Of a DNA stretch of 64,000 nt, positions 44,801-52,774 are shown in pieces (within the stretch, counting starts at the first letter, position 1; the number at the start of each line of letters is the position of its first letter). This DNA comes from a virus. The position numbers and the translations under genes were made by a program. The notes under the pieces are model-generated. The model was not told where the DNA came from. It searched no databases and saw only the letters and a list, made by a program, of their open reading frames with translations. The stretch lies in the IMG/VR virus record IMGVR_UViG_3300046816_000434; one strand, 5' to 3'.

Positions 44801-47800
44801 AGATCGTGCAGAACCTGGTTAAAGACGGATTGATCACCGAAAGCGGGCGTCCTGCTTATCTGGACCCACGGTCGCAGAAGGTGACCGCAGAGGGCAAGGC
44901 GCGCATCTTGCGTCTCATGCTGGGGCGCTTCTTTGACTCTGTGCCGCAGATGTTGAGCACCAACCCGATCTACCAGGCTCGCCTGGAACGCATGGCGGCG
45001 CCACTGGTGCGCCTGGAGGGCAGGCCCGACTGGGATGTCCTGAACGCGCCGATCCGCGAGGCGCTGGAAATCCTGTACCAGTCGGAGATCCGGGACATGC
45101 CGGTCCTGGAGGATCTGAACGCACAGGAAGACATGTATGAGGGGAGCAAGTACAGCCCGGAGGGCATTGCCTGGGCGTACGTTCTCCGGAGCAATGGTGC
45201 CGACCGGCTGGGCACCGCAGCCAGGCAGTATCTGGAGATGGAGGCCCCGTCGCGTCCCGGCCAGGACGTGGACATGTTCGCGCCGCCGCCGGTAGACCAG
45301 GCGGAGGCCTTCGCCAAGGCATTCGGTGACCTGAGAACAGGCAAGGGCAAGGGGACCGTAAGCAAGGAGTATCCAAAGCTGGGCGAGCCAGTGGCGCAGC
45401 CCGGAGAGCTGCAATCGCTCAGGCGGCGCGGTCACGGAACGGGAGAGCTGGGGTTTGATCAACCCGCCCGGACCGGGGGAGCAGATAGGCAGGAGTCGTT
45501 CTTTAGCTCAGAGGATGAAGCCGCGTCCCAGGCCCTTGAGGAATCGCGCCAAAAGAAGCTTCTGGGCGAGCGCCTCACTGCGCAGTTTCACTCCGGACAG
45601 GCGGTGCGGCCGGCCGGCCTGAAGCCCGCACAACAGCGTGGCATGTTTGAGGAGGAGGGGCCGGAACAGGGAGGGCTTGACCTTTCTGAAGCGGCGCCCA
45701 CGTCTTCGTATTCGGCCCAGTTCCCTCCATCGCCAGCGCAGAAGGCACCAGAGAAGCGCGGCGCTGCATCCCAGCGCAACATGCGTATCGCGGACCTGGA
45801 ACGCCAGGCGACTCAGATGCGCCTCACGCCTGAGGAGCAGGACGAGCTGACAAACCTGCGGCGGGAGCGGGCGACGCGCATGGCTGAGCGCCGCACCCAG
45901 TTTGAACGGGGACAGGCTCCGCTGTTTGCGGAACAGATCCCGGAGGCTAAGCCAGAGGACTTCATTCGTGCTGATGAAGAAAGGGAGCGGAGCAGGCGGG
46001 AGAGCGACCAGGGCAGCGAGCAAAAGGCGCGCAACTACCGGGAAGCCATTGCCGGGGCCGTGTCGCCGGAACGGCTGGATGAGCTGGACAGAGGGTGGGA
46101 AAGCTTCAAGGGGCCGCATAAACCTGCGTATCACGCGGACTACTGGCTGCAGCACTACCGTGATGTCTTTAAGCGCAACCCGATGGACGTGTACCGTGGA
46201 GGTGAGCCGTGGCCTCTACCTAAGACTGAAGGGGAGGAGCGGGCAAAGCAGGCTGGCCTGACCGAAGAGGAGTACCTGGAGCTGAAGGCTCCGCATGAGG
46301 GCGAGGGAGAGGTACAGGCGCTGCGCCGTGTGCCGCCCGACCAGCTTCCGCCTGTCAGGCGCGGCCTGAACGACGTGCAGGAGATCCTGCATGACCAGGT
46401 GCGGAAGAAGATCAAGGCGGATGCGCCCGATGCGCTTCAGCAACACCGCCTGGTTACGGAGTCGCGCAAGGAAGTCCAGGAGCAGCTCGCTAAGCCTGTG
46501 AGTGGCATTGGCTGGTATGACGCCGATACGCCGCTCGCCAATACCGATCTGACCAAAGCCTTTCCTGAGCTGAAGACGAATCCCGAAAAGCTGGTCCTGC
46601 TCAACGCCATGTCGGCGGTGACCTCTTCCAGCCATGAGGCGGAACGGGAGTCGGAGCAGGCCGCGTACATCTACGAGCAGTACCGCAAGACGGGGCGCAT
46701 CCCGCTTTCCCGTACAAAGGGCACCAAGTGGGTGGGGCAGGGCGCGGCCGTTGGGCTCGATAAGCTGAACCGTCTGTTGCGGCATTTCGGCGGTAAGACT
46801 CCCTTTGCCGGCGAGAAGAAGCTGGCGGATTTCCTCACCACCAAGCAGACTGCAGACAGCATCCGTGCGCTGGGCCGCAAGCTGGGCTATACGGACGGGA
46901 CCATCCGCTCCTGGCTGGAGAAGCGCGACGAGATGCTGGGGGCTGCGGTCCTGGGCGAGAAGATGTCCCGCTATTTCGCGGGCATCATGGGCCTGGACAT
47001 GGACGGGTCGACCGTCGATGTCTGGATGGCGCGCGCGGGTTACCGCCAGCTTGGGCGCCTAGTGAAGGAAGGCGAGCCCAAGGGTCCGGAGGCGCCGCGT
47101 TCGCCGCGCGACCGCCAGCTCTTCATGAAGACGGATGAAACCCTGGCGAAGGAGTTTAGGCTACCTACGCGCGACATCCAGGCGGTACGCTGGTTCTACG
47201 AGAAAGAGCTGTACCGCAGCCTGGGGTTTAACACCGCCGATGGCTGGCGGTCGCACGGTACGCTAAAATACCTGGAAGACAATGGCATTGCAACAGCGTA
47301 CACCCGCAATCGACGTCGCCGAATTGATCTCAGCGCTGCAGAGAATGCAGCTCAAAGCGAAGGCGGAGGGGCGCGACCCGACACTTCGGCAACTCCTGGA
47401 CGAGGCGCACGAGCAACTGCGCAAGGACCAGGCGAAGAGGAAGTAAGCGCCCGGCGTAGACCTACCGGACCGGGCGAGGGGCAGTTCTCGCTTCCCTTCG
47501 ACCAGCCTCACGAGACGGCCATCGAGGACCTGCAGGAAGCGGCTGGCCGTCCGCACATCATCAGCATCGATCCCAATGCTATCCGCCGCCTGACAGACCC
47601 GCCGCGACCGGCTGTTGCAAGTCAGCAGGCGAGCGAGCAGTTCTTTAAGGGGGCCGACTCCTACGTCACCAAGGTGGGCGATGTTCCGGCTGTGTTCATG
47701 AACCAGCCGATGATGGACATTCTGCTGCATGCCAAAGGTACTTGGGCGGTTGACAAGAATGGCTCTCATGTTGGCGGGCTGGCGGTTCCGCCCTCCCAGT

Positions 47801-50800
47801 GGAAAGCCGTTTTACGTACGGAGCTAGCGAGCTGGGCTCGCACCGAGAACGGGACGGCCAACATTTCCGATCCCGCCATCTTAAAGCTTGCCGGTCAGAT
47901 CCGTCAGGCGCTGGGGCTTCCCAGCCTGCAGGACCAGTTACAGAGCGTGGGTGCGCGCGCGATGACGGGGCATGCCGCTTTGCGGCAGATCCAGAGCGAG
48001 TGGGACTCGCCGCGTTTCAATCGTCAGATCATTGTGGCCCAGGTGGGCGACAGCCTTGCGCCGGCCGAAATCAAATCGTTGATCGAGGAAGAATACGACC
48101 ACATCCAGCACTTTGGTTTGCCTGGCGGCATGGCCGCGCTGCCGATTCACATCACCGAAAATTCGCCAGTGGCACGCAAGGCGGTCCAGCACCTGGCGCA
48201 ACTTGGGTATCCCGACCTGCTTGCGCCCGGTGATCCGGGGCGCATGGCGAGCAACGCCATCATGACCAGCGAGGTCATCGTGCGCCTGATGCGCCCTGAG
48301 CGGTGGCAGGAATTGGGCATCTCCCGGCGCGAGGCGCGGGAGCTGGCGCTGCACTACATCACGGGGCTGGCATCGCTGGGTCAGCACGCGGATGTTATCA
48401 TTGAGCAGTTAAACCATGCCCTCCCCAATCAAACCCAAGCACACCTCCCGGCAGGAAGCGAAACCGGCCTTCGACCGTTTGAAGGAGCTGGTGAAATTGG
48501 CGCAAGAGGACCCCCAGGCGCTAGAGAGGGAGATGGACAAGATGTTTCAGACCCCGAAATCCAAGCCCTAGCGCCGGTCCGCAGGGCAGCGGAACGCGCG
48601 GCGACAGCAGCGAAGACCACCAAAGCCGGCCGCGCGCTGGGTATCGGTCCTACCGTTGAGCGCCAGGTTATCCCCTTCATCGACAACCTGGAAAAGGCTA
48701 TCGATCAGATCCTCTACACGGTCAGTCCCAGCAGCCGTGGCCCTTATGCCGAGAAGGCCGCGCTGTCCATGCGCGCGGATGCGGCGCATATGGACCGTGT
48801 AATCAAGCAGGCGAGCACTGCGCTGGAGGAGCTGCGCAAGCCCTTGGGCAAGCTCTCTCAGGCGCAGCAGCGGCGATTCATCATTCGCTCCGAATCCAAC
48901 CGCCCGCAGGTGGATGCCACCCTGCCCAACGGCGAAGTGATTCCGGCGGCGGAGATGAACCGCATCGCGGCCGAATTCAAGAAGGTCAACGACTACATCC
49001 GCGCCGAGGTGGAAGACGCGGACGGCCCGGCGACCCAGCGTATCTGGCGCGAAGTGTATTTCCCGAATTTCTGGAAGGAGACGTCGAACGTCAGGCCAGG
49101 CACTACCGGCATGCCGTCTGGTTTGGGGAAGGCGCCGTTTGCCGGCCCGCGAGGCTTTGAGAAGCGGAAGGTCTTTGATACTTTTGTCGATGGTCTCCGC
49201 GCAGGCTACACGCCGCTCTTTGATAACCCCGTCGACTTCTGGCAGGCCAAGACGCGGGAGATGGCGAAGTTCGCCATGTTCACCCGGCTGAAGGCCGACA
49301 TCGAGCCGCTCGCCAAATTCAAAGGCTTCACTGAGAAGATGCCGGATGGCTACGACAAGGTCAACGACCCCTTCGCCCGAGTCCTGCAGTACAGCAAAAC
49401 CGAAAAGGGATTCATCGCGCGCGGCGACTGGGTGTATCCGCGAGAGGCCGCAAGAATTATCAACAACTACCTGTCGCCCGACCCGAGGCAGACCATGCCG
49501 GTCTGGAAGCTGATCACCGACATCGGCAATCTGTGGCTGCGCTGGAAACTGAGCGGCTTTTATCACTTCGGCGCGACCGCGCTCAACGGCATCTATTCCC
49601 ATGCGGCACTCGCTGCGCGCATGGCTGCGGCCGGCGATATGAAGGGCGCGGCCGAGCATTTAGTGAAAGCTTCGGTCTCTCCGGTTGCGGATGCGATTCG
49701 TGGAGGCCGTCTCAAGCGCGAATTCTTAGACATCAACGGCACGCAGACCGCTGCGTTCCAGGCGCTGGAGGAAGGCGGATTCCGCGCGGGGCAGGACCCG
49801 TTTTTCCAAAGCAACATGCGCCAGCGCGTGAAGGAAATGTGGAAAGCAGGCGAGAGGATCACGCCGATTTTGGCAAGCCCCTTCGCGGCCATTGAGTGGA
49901 TCACCGTGCCCCTGATGGAGCATTACGTCCCGGCGATGAAAATGGCGGCGGCGCACGACCTGGCGCGGTTTGAGCTGGAGCAATACCAGAAGCGCAACGC
50001 GGGGATGATGCCTAACCCGCCGCGCATGCGCAAGATCATGTCCGACGCGGTCGACAGCATCGACAATCGTTTTGGGCAGTTGACCTATTCCAATATCTTC
50101 TGGAACGCCGCGCTGAAAGCCGCCCTGATGAGTGTGATCATGAGCGTGGGCTGGAACCTGGGAACCGTGCGCGAGCTGGGCGGCGGCATCAAGGATATTG
50201 TGAGTGCGGTAGCCAAGGGCGGCGGCGGCATGACCAACCGCATCGCGTATCTTGCCGCGCTGATTGCCCTGCACACGATAGGCGCCGCGATCTACCAGAA
50301 GCTGGCAACCGGGAAGAACCCTTCTTCCGCGAAGGACGTGGTCTACCCTCAGGACGGCGGCGTCGATGAACGCGGCCATCCCACGCGCGTCTCCTTCCCC
50401 GACTACATGAAGGAGCTGTGGAACTGGACTAACGATCCGGTGGGGTCCGCTGTCAACAAGACACACCCCATGCTCAGCTTCCTGCTGAAGTACATCCAGA
50501 ACCGCGACTACTGGGGCAGCAAGATTCACAACCCGGAGGATGACTGGCGCGACCAGCTCAAACAGTTTGGGAGCTACGCCCTGCGTGAGGAGCTGGCGCC
50601 GCTCTCTGTCAGCAATCTGCTGAAGATGAAACAGCGCCAAGGCGAAGACTGGGGCAAGATGCTCACCGAGCAGCCCGGCAAGTCGGTTATGTCGCAGGTG
50701 GGCTTCTCTCCGACTCCCGCCTGGATCGGGCTCACCGATGCCGAGAAGCTGCTCGCGGGATACCAGCGCGAGCGTCAGCCAGTCGGTGGCCGTGACGTGG

Positions 50801-51213
50801 AAGAGGCGCAGCGGACAACAGCGCGTGCCGCGATTACACGCGCGATCCGCCTGGGGCAGGACTCGCAGCCGGCTGTCGAGAACGCGCTGCGTCAGGGACT
50901 GATCACCGGCAAGGACCTGGCGAGACTGCATAAGGCGGCGGCGGTCAGCCCTCTGCAGGCCGGGCTGAATCACGACATGCTGAACCCTGGCGAGGTTCTG
51001 CGCATCTGGGAAGCGGCGAACCCGGATGAGCGCAGGCAGATCCAGGGCCTGGTGAAGCTGCGCCTGGCGCGCATGGCACACAAGCCCAACGTGCACTGGG
51101 AAGACTGGTCGCGTGAGGCGGCGGAGAAGTATTTCGGCATCCAGGCACGGCCGCGTCTCGCGATCCCTCCTGGCTATGGTGTCCTGCCCCCGGCAGTCGG
51201 CGCCAGTCAGTAA
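41818..51213 (+). CDS. Large polyvalent virion protein, 3131 aa
   Basis: N-terminal DWExEAKxAG repeats, SAP-like motif, ddrB-like ParB domain, helical glycosylase-like region and LPD38-like C-terminus. Confidence 0.85.
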   Translation: MPDVLEPEVADPTTDPDTIDWEQEAKQAGAAVIPTPQPPKPPVDDWEAEAKSAGISVTPTPKRQAQPAQPARAIDWEAEAKQAGATIQDNVYAGPQIGFEIPPHQLDLGRRIPAGLAPQAPATPAPAVPPPVAVPQPTVYGGPQLGPITPPPAPAQITPVPLEPGLQRPAPAPQLPTGAGGIAQAVSNVMGESPRLDVQAARAYGLLTSPGQFIERPANDVPTADHIVYAIRQMAANQASPVEVGKMLAFGLGGKGIGLLQKGLANSGMLASLPGLSKALDVASRAAIPGYIVGSGSKNVYEQAQAAQAAKERGDTGAEVEARTQEVVSALMALAGAYGVRQAWQVKGAYPPSPTAAEKATAEKIGGIATPKVSSEAAGAIAERLRQQGAPLAAQAWEQLDRSRPVELNIGGRKAYLTDTWTGGRPGVGNMIQYVFDEDGDVLTGGSPDAVKGWLDQQTSTRRGMRSGTAAAGVPGVTYEPALEQGEALTGTRPAPPGTGASIPPRVGSQVPGEGVPPGEGGGAPSGPDVPDVPDVPGTSVVPPSVGVPSMDPQLRDQLHEMSAEDIARYNSPDINTMLRMLGLPLTGNKLDRATAIKEAIARQQAGEVAPASVGAEPEGPPEPKAEVTSGGPQAPEEDVSGGRNAVTLDPAKMDEETFDQYVRLRELLKNAGNLGFERIGDAVKAILTHQDWATRWDVGGGPDGAELIRLGNKFGGWQEQLPAPAQNALPPPVGTIGPYGRPVRSEEPEGKVGEAAAAPEESRPLGGVGGGESWRQTSIIIPGADEELGAQYRLAELKDVFPSHHPFSLQAQPEHPWGNERNYNTPEGRARLYKQATRFKHRLMVTDNADNVNGPSVVARNPANPNDPRLYVLGGNSRIMTIHRVAADHPEAYRAYVQYLADRAPLYGYTREQVLGMENPVLVRELDQTEIPKYRQIISDLNKTGTAALDPFEQAISDSQRVSQDTLDHIHYAIEKLGSKGTLAKALEGALGPEIVQNLVKDGLITESGRPAYLDPRSQKVTAEGKARILRLMLGRFFDSVPQMLSTNPIYQARLERMAAPLVRLEGRPDWDVLNAPIREALEILYQSEIRDMPVLEDLNAQEDMYEGSKYSPEGIAWAYVLRSNGADRLGTAARQYLEMEAPSRPGQDVDMFAPPPVDQAEAFAKAFGDLRTGKGKGTVSKEYPKLGEPVAQPGELQSLRRRGHGTGELGFDQPARTGGADRQESFFSSEDEAASQALEESRQKKLLGERLTAQFHSGQAVRPAGLKPAQQRGMFEEEGPEQGGLDLSEAAPTSSYSAQFPPSPAQKAPEKRGAASQRNMRIADLERQATQMRLTPEEQDELTNLRRERATRMAERRTQFERGQAPLFAEQIPEAKPEDFIRADEERERSRRESDQGSEQKARNYREAIAGAVSPERLDELDRGWESFKGPHKPAYHADYWLQHYRDVFKRNPMDVYRGGEPWPLPKTEGEERAKQAGLTEEEYLELKAPHEGEGEVQALRRVPPDQLPPVRRGLNDVQEILHDQVRKKIKADAPDALQQHRLVTESRKEVQEQLAKPVSGIGWYDADTPLANTDLTKAFPELKTNPEKLVLLNAMSAVTSSSHEAERESEQAAYIYEQYRKTGRIPLSRTKGTKWVGQGAAVGLDKLNRLLRHFGGKTPFAGEKKLADFLTTKQTADSIRALGRKLGYTDGTIRSWLEKRDEMLGAAVLGEKMSRYFAGIMGLDMDGSTVDVWMARAGYRQLGRLVKEGEPKGPEAPRSPRDRQLFMKTDETLAKEFRLPTRDIQAVRWFYEKELYRSLGFNTADGWRSHGTLKYLEDNGIATAYTRNRRRRIDLSAAENAAQSEGGGARPDTSATPGRGARATAQGPGEEEVSARRRPTGPGEGQFSLPFDQPHETAIEDLQEAAGRPHIISIDPNAIRRLTDPPRPAVASQQASEQFFKGADSYVTKVGDVPAVFMNQPMMDILLHAKGTWAVDKNGSHVGGLAVPPSQWKAVLRTELASWARTENGTANISDPAILKLAGQIRQALGLPSLQDQLQSVGARAMTGHAALRQIQSEWDSPRFNRQIIVAQVGDSLAPAEIKSLIEEEYDHIQHFGLPGGMAALPIHITENSPVARKAVQHLAQLGYPDLLAPGDPGRMASNAIMTSEVIVRLMRPERWQELGISRREARELALHYITGLASLGQHADVIIEQLNHALPNQTQAHLPAGSETGLRPFEGAGEIGARGPPGAREGDGQDVSDPEIQALAPVRRAAERAATAAKTTKAGRALGIGPTVERQVIPFIDNLEKAIDQILYTVSPSSRGPYAEKAALSMRADAAHMDRVIKQASTALEELRKPLGKLSQAQQRRFIIRSESNRPQVDATLPNGEVIPAAEMNRIAAEFKKVNDYIRAEVEDADGPATQRIWREVYFPNFWKETSNVRPGTTGMPSGLGKAPFAGPRGFEKRKVFDTFVDGLRAGYTPLFDNPVDFWQAKTREMAKFAMFTRLKADIEPLAKFKGFTEKMPDGYDKVNDPFARVLQYSKTEKGFIARGDWVYPREAARIINNYLSPDPRQTMPVWKLITDIGNLWLRWKLSGFYHFGATALNGIYSHAALAARMAAAGDMKGAAEHLVKASVSPVADAIRGGRLKREFLDINGTQTAAFQALEEGGFRAGQDPFFQSNMRQRVKEMWKAGERITPILASPFAAIEWITVPLMEHYVPAMKMAAAHDLARFELEQYQKRNAGMMPNPPRMRKIMSDAVDSIDNRFGQLTYSNIFWNAALKAALMSVIMSVGWNLGTVRELGGGIKDIVSAVAKGGGGMTNRIAYLAALIALHTIGAAIYQKLATGKNPSSAKDVVYPQDGGVDERGHPTRVSFPDYMKELWNWTNDPVGSAVNKTHPMLSFLLKYIQNRDYWGSKIHNPEDDWRDQLKQFGSYALREELAPLSVSNLLKMKQRQGEDWGKMLTEQPGKSVMSQVGFSPTPAWIGLTDAEKLLAGYQRERQPVGGRDVEEAQRTTARAAITRAIRLGQDSQPAVENALRQGLITGKDLARLHKAAAVSPLQAGLNHDMLNPGEVLRIWEAANPDERRQIQGLVKLRLARMAHKPNVHWEDWSREAAEKYFGIQARPRLAIPPGYGVLPPAVGASQ

Positions 51214-51269
51214 GCTCGCCCTGCGCGAAAGCGATGGGCTAGCAGTACCCGGCTCCGAAAGGGGCCGGT

Positions 51270-51470
51270 ATGAATTCACCTCTTCCGCCTTTATCCCGCA
51301 GCCCTGCGGTGTTACTATCTCACTCTATGATTGGTGTCGTCCTGTTCGTGATTCTGGCTCCGGTGGCGCATGTGCTGACTTCCGCCATCTTCTCTCCGGT
51401 GTACGCGCCCTACGCGGTCGGACTGACGTTCCTGGTTTTTGCGGTGGGCTGCAGCGACTGGGACTATTGA
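51270..51470 (+). CDS. Small two-TM membrane protein, holin candidate
   Basis: 66 aa, two hydrophobic segments, at the end of the late operon. Confidence 0.4.
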   Translation: MNSPLPPLSRSPAVLLSHSMIGVVLFVILAPVAHVLTSAIFSPVYAPYAVGLTFLVFAVGCSDWDY

Positions 51471-51503
51471 GTTGTATTTAATACTGAGTTATATTTAATA
51501 CTG
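51468..51503. repeat. 17-bp AT-rich tandem repeat TGAGTT(G/A)TATTTAATAC
   Basis: Copies at 51468-51484 and 51485-51501 with one mismatch. Confidence 0.9.
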
Positions 51504-51549
51504 GATCTGCCCCGCCGGTTGCGCGACCGGCACTGGGCTTGCAAGCAAG

Positions 51550-51587
51550 GCGGTGTCGCTCTGAAGGCGGCACCGCTTTTGTGTTTT
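51550..51587 (+). terminator. Intrinsic terminator ending the late operon
   Basis: GCGGTGTCGC-TCTGAAG-GCGGCACCGC then TTTTGTGTTTT, between convergent genes. Confidence 0.8.
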
Positions 51588-51590
51588 AGG

Positions 51591-51818
51591 CTATCGCTTC
51601 AGCAGCGAGGTTCTCTCTTCCAGGCGCGTGATGCGTTCGGAGTGGTCGCCCAGCTTGTTCTCGATCCGGGTCAGGCGCTGGATGATGTCGGTCAACTGAG
51701 CCTGGATGGATTGCTGGCTCATCAACAGTGGCCGCGTGACCACCGCGTAGATGCCAGCGAACAGAGCGGCGAAGGCCGCTACCACACCGCCGATTGTCTG
51801 CCATGTCTGGATATTCAT
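51591..51818 (-). CDS. Single-TM coiled-coil protein
   Basis: MNIQTWQTIGGVVAAFAALFAGIYAVV...RITRLEER. Confidence 0.7.
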   Translation of the reverse strand: MNIQTWQTIGGVVAAFAALFAGIYAVVTRPLLMSQQSIQAQLTDIIQRLTRIENKLGDHSERITRLEERTSLLKR

Positions 51819-51828
51819 ATCGCTGCCC

Positions 51829-52038
51829 TCACTCGCCGTGTTCCTTCTTCTCTCTCTCGCGTTCTCTCTCGGCCAGCCACTGCTGAACGACCTCCAACTT
51901 GTCCAGGCGCGATTCATGCGCGACCGCTGTCTCGCGCAGTTTCTCGGTGGCGACGACCAGGTTCTGAGTGGCGTCGTACAAGCGGCCTAGCGACTTCCAG
52001 AATTCTTCTTTATCAAAGCTGTTCAGTTCGCCGTTCAT
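51829..52038 (-). CDS. Small coiled-coil protein
   Basis: 69 aa, ATVAHESRLDKLE-type heptads. Confidence 0.7.
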   Translation of the reverse strand: MNGELNSFDKEEFWKSLGRLYDATQNLVVATEKLRETAVAHESRLDKLEVVQQWLAEREREREKKEHGE

Positions 52039-52265
52039 GCTGCTTTATTGTACTCTTTTGTGCCGTACGGAACAGGAGCCACGCGGTGGAAGCTTGGCGT
52101 TGTGATATGCTCCTTGTCGGAGACGGTTCTCCGCGTGCCAGCGTCCACCAGCTCACAGGCGAGCAGCGAGTAGCGAGTGTCGAGCCTCCCGCGCGGGAGC
52201 AGTGACCAGGGCTCAGGGCTCAGTGCCTTAAATTGGTGGCCGGAACCGTCTCCCGCGTTCACCAC
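52035..52265 (-). CDS. Hypothetical protein
   Basis: 76-aa ORF filling the gap between neighbours. Confidence 0.35.
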   Translation of the reverse strand: MVNAGDGSGHQFKALSPEPWSLLPRGRLDTRYSLLACELVDAGTRRTVSDKEHITTPSFHRVAPVPYGTKEYNKAA

Positions 52266-52567
52266 TTCTGTGCTCCGCCAAACTTCTCCAGGTCCGTTTT
52301 GGACAAGAGACGGTTCGTCAATTTCTCCATGTCTTCTGGTAAGGGAACCGAGGGACTCAGGCGCATACCTTTTACTTCGCCGCCTGGGTTGATGCCCAGC
52401 CGGTTGGCTTCCTCCACGGCGCTCATGATGCCCCGCGCCTGGACCACCACGGCGCCCTTAAACTTGCGATCCGCGAACGAGAGATACCACCAGGCGAGAG
52501 GCAGCTTCATCTCTGCCTCTTGGATGGCGGCGAGGCATGCGTGCCAGGCGGGGCTACCGGGTTTCAT
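52259..52567 (-). CDS. Conserved phage hypothetical protein
   Basis: WWYLSFAD..FKGAVVVQA...ANRLGINPGGEV; GAGGA SD. Confidence 0.7.
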   Translation of the reverse strand: MKPGSPAWHACLAAIQEAEMKLPLAWWYLSFADRKFKGAVVVQARGIMSAVEEANRLGINPGGEVKGMRLSPSVPLPEDMEKLTNRLLSKTDLEKFGGAQKW

Positions 52568-52573
52568 TTCCTC

Positions 52574-52751
52574 TGTACCATTCCTGTACCACCATCTAGC
52601 GCATGTTGCCCATCTTGCCCTTTTTGCCCTATCGCAACAAACACAAACCATTTGTTTTCAGTTGCTTAGGAGTACTCGTGAACGCGCATATATTTGATTG
52701 TTTTCAACAACTTAGACGTAGTACTTTAGTTTGTGTACCATTTTTGTACCA
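52574..52751. other. attP-like phage attachment site
   Basis: Arm-type pairs TGTACCA-N4-TGTACCA at 52574/52585 and 52734/52745; IHF-like sites TTTCAGTTGCTTA (52656) and TTTCAACAACTTA (52702) flanking a 28-bp core; AT-rich and immediately upstream of int. Confidence 0.75.
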
Positions 52752-52774
52752 CTTTGTGCTAGACTCATCCCACT

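Noticed and set aside
41818-51213. DarB-like methylase/helicase
   Set aside because: No SAM-binding or SNF2 helicase motifs found in the translation.
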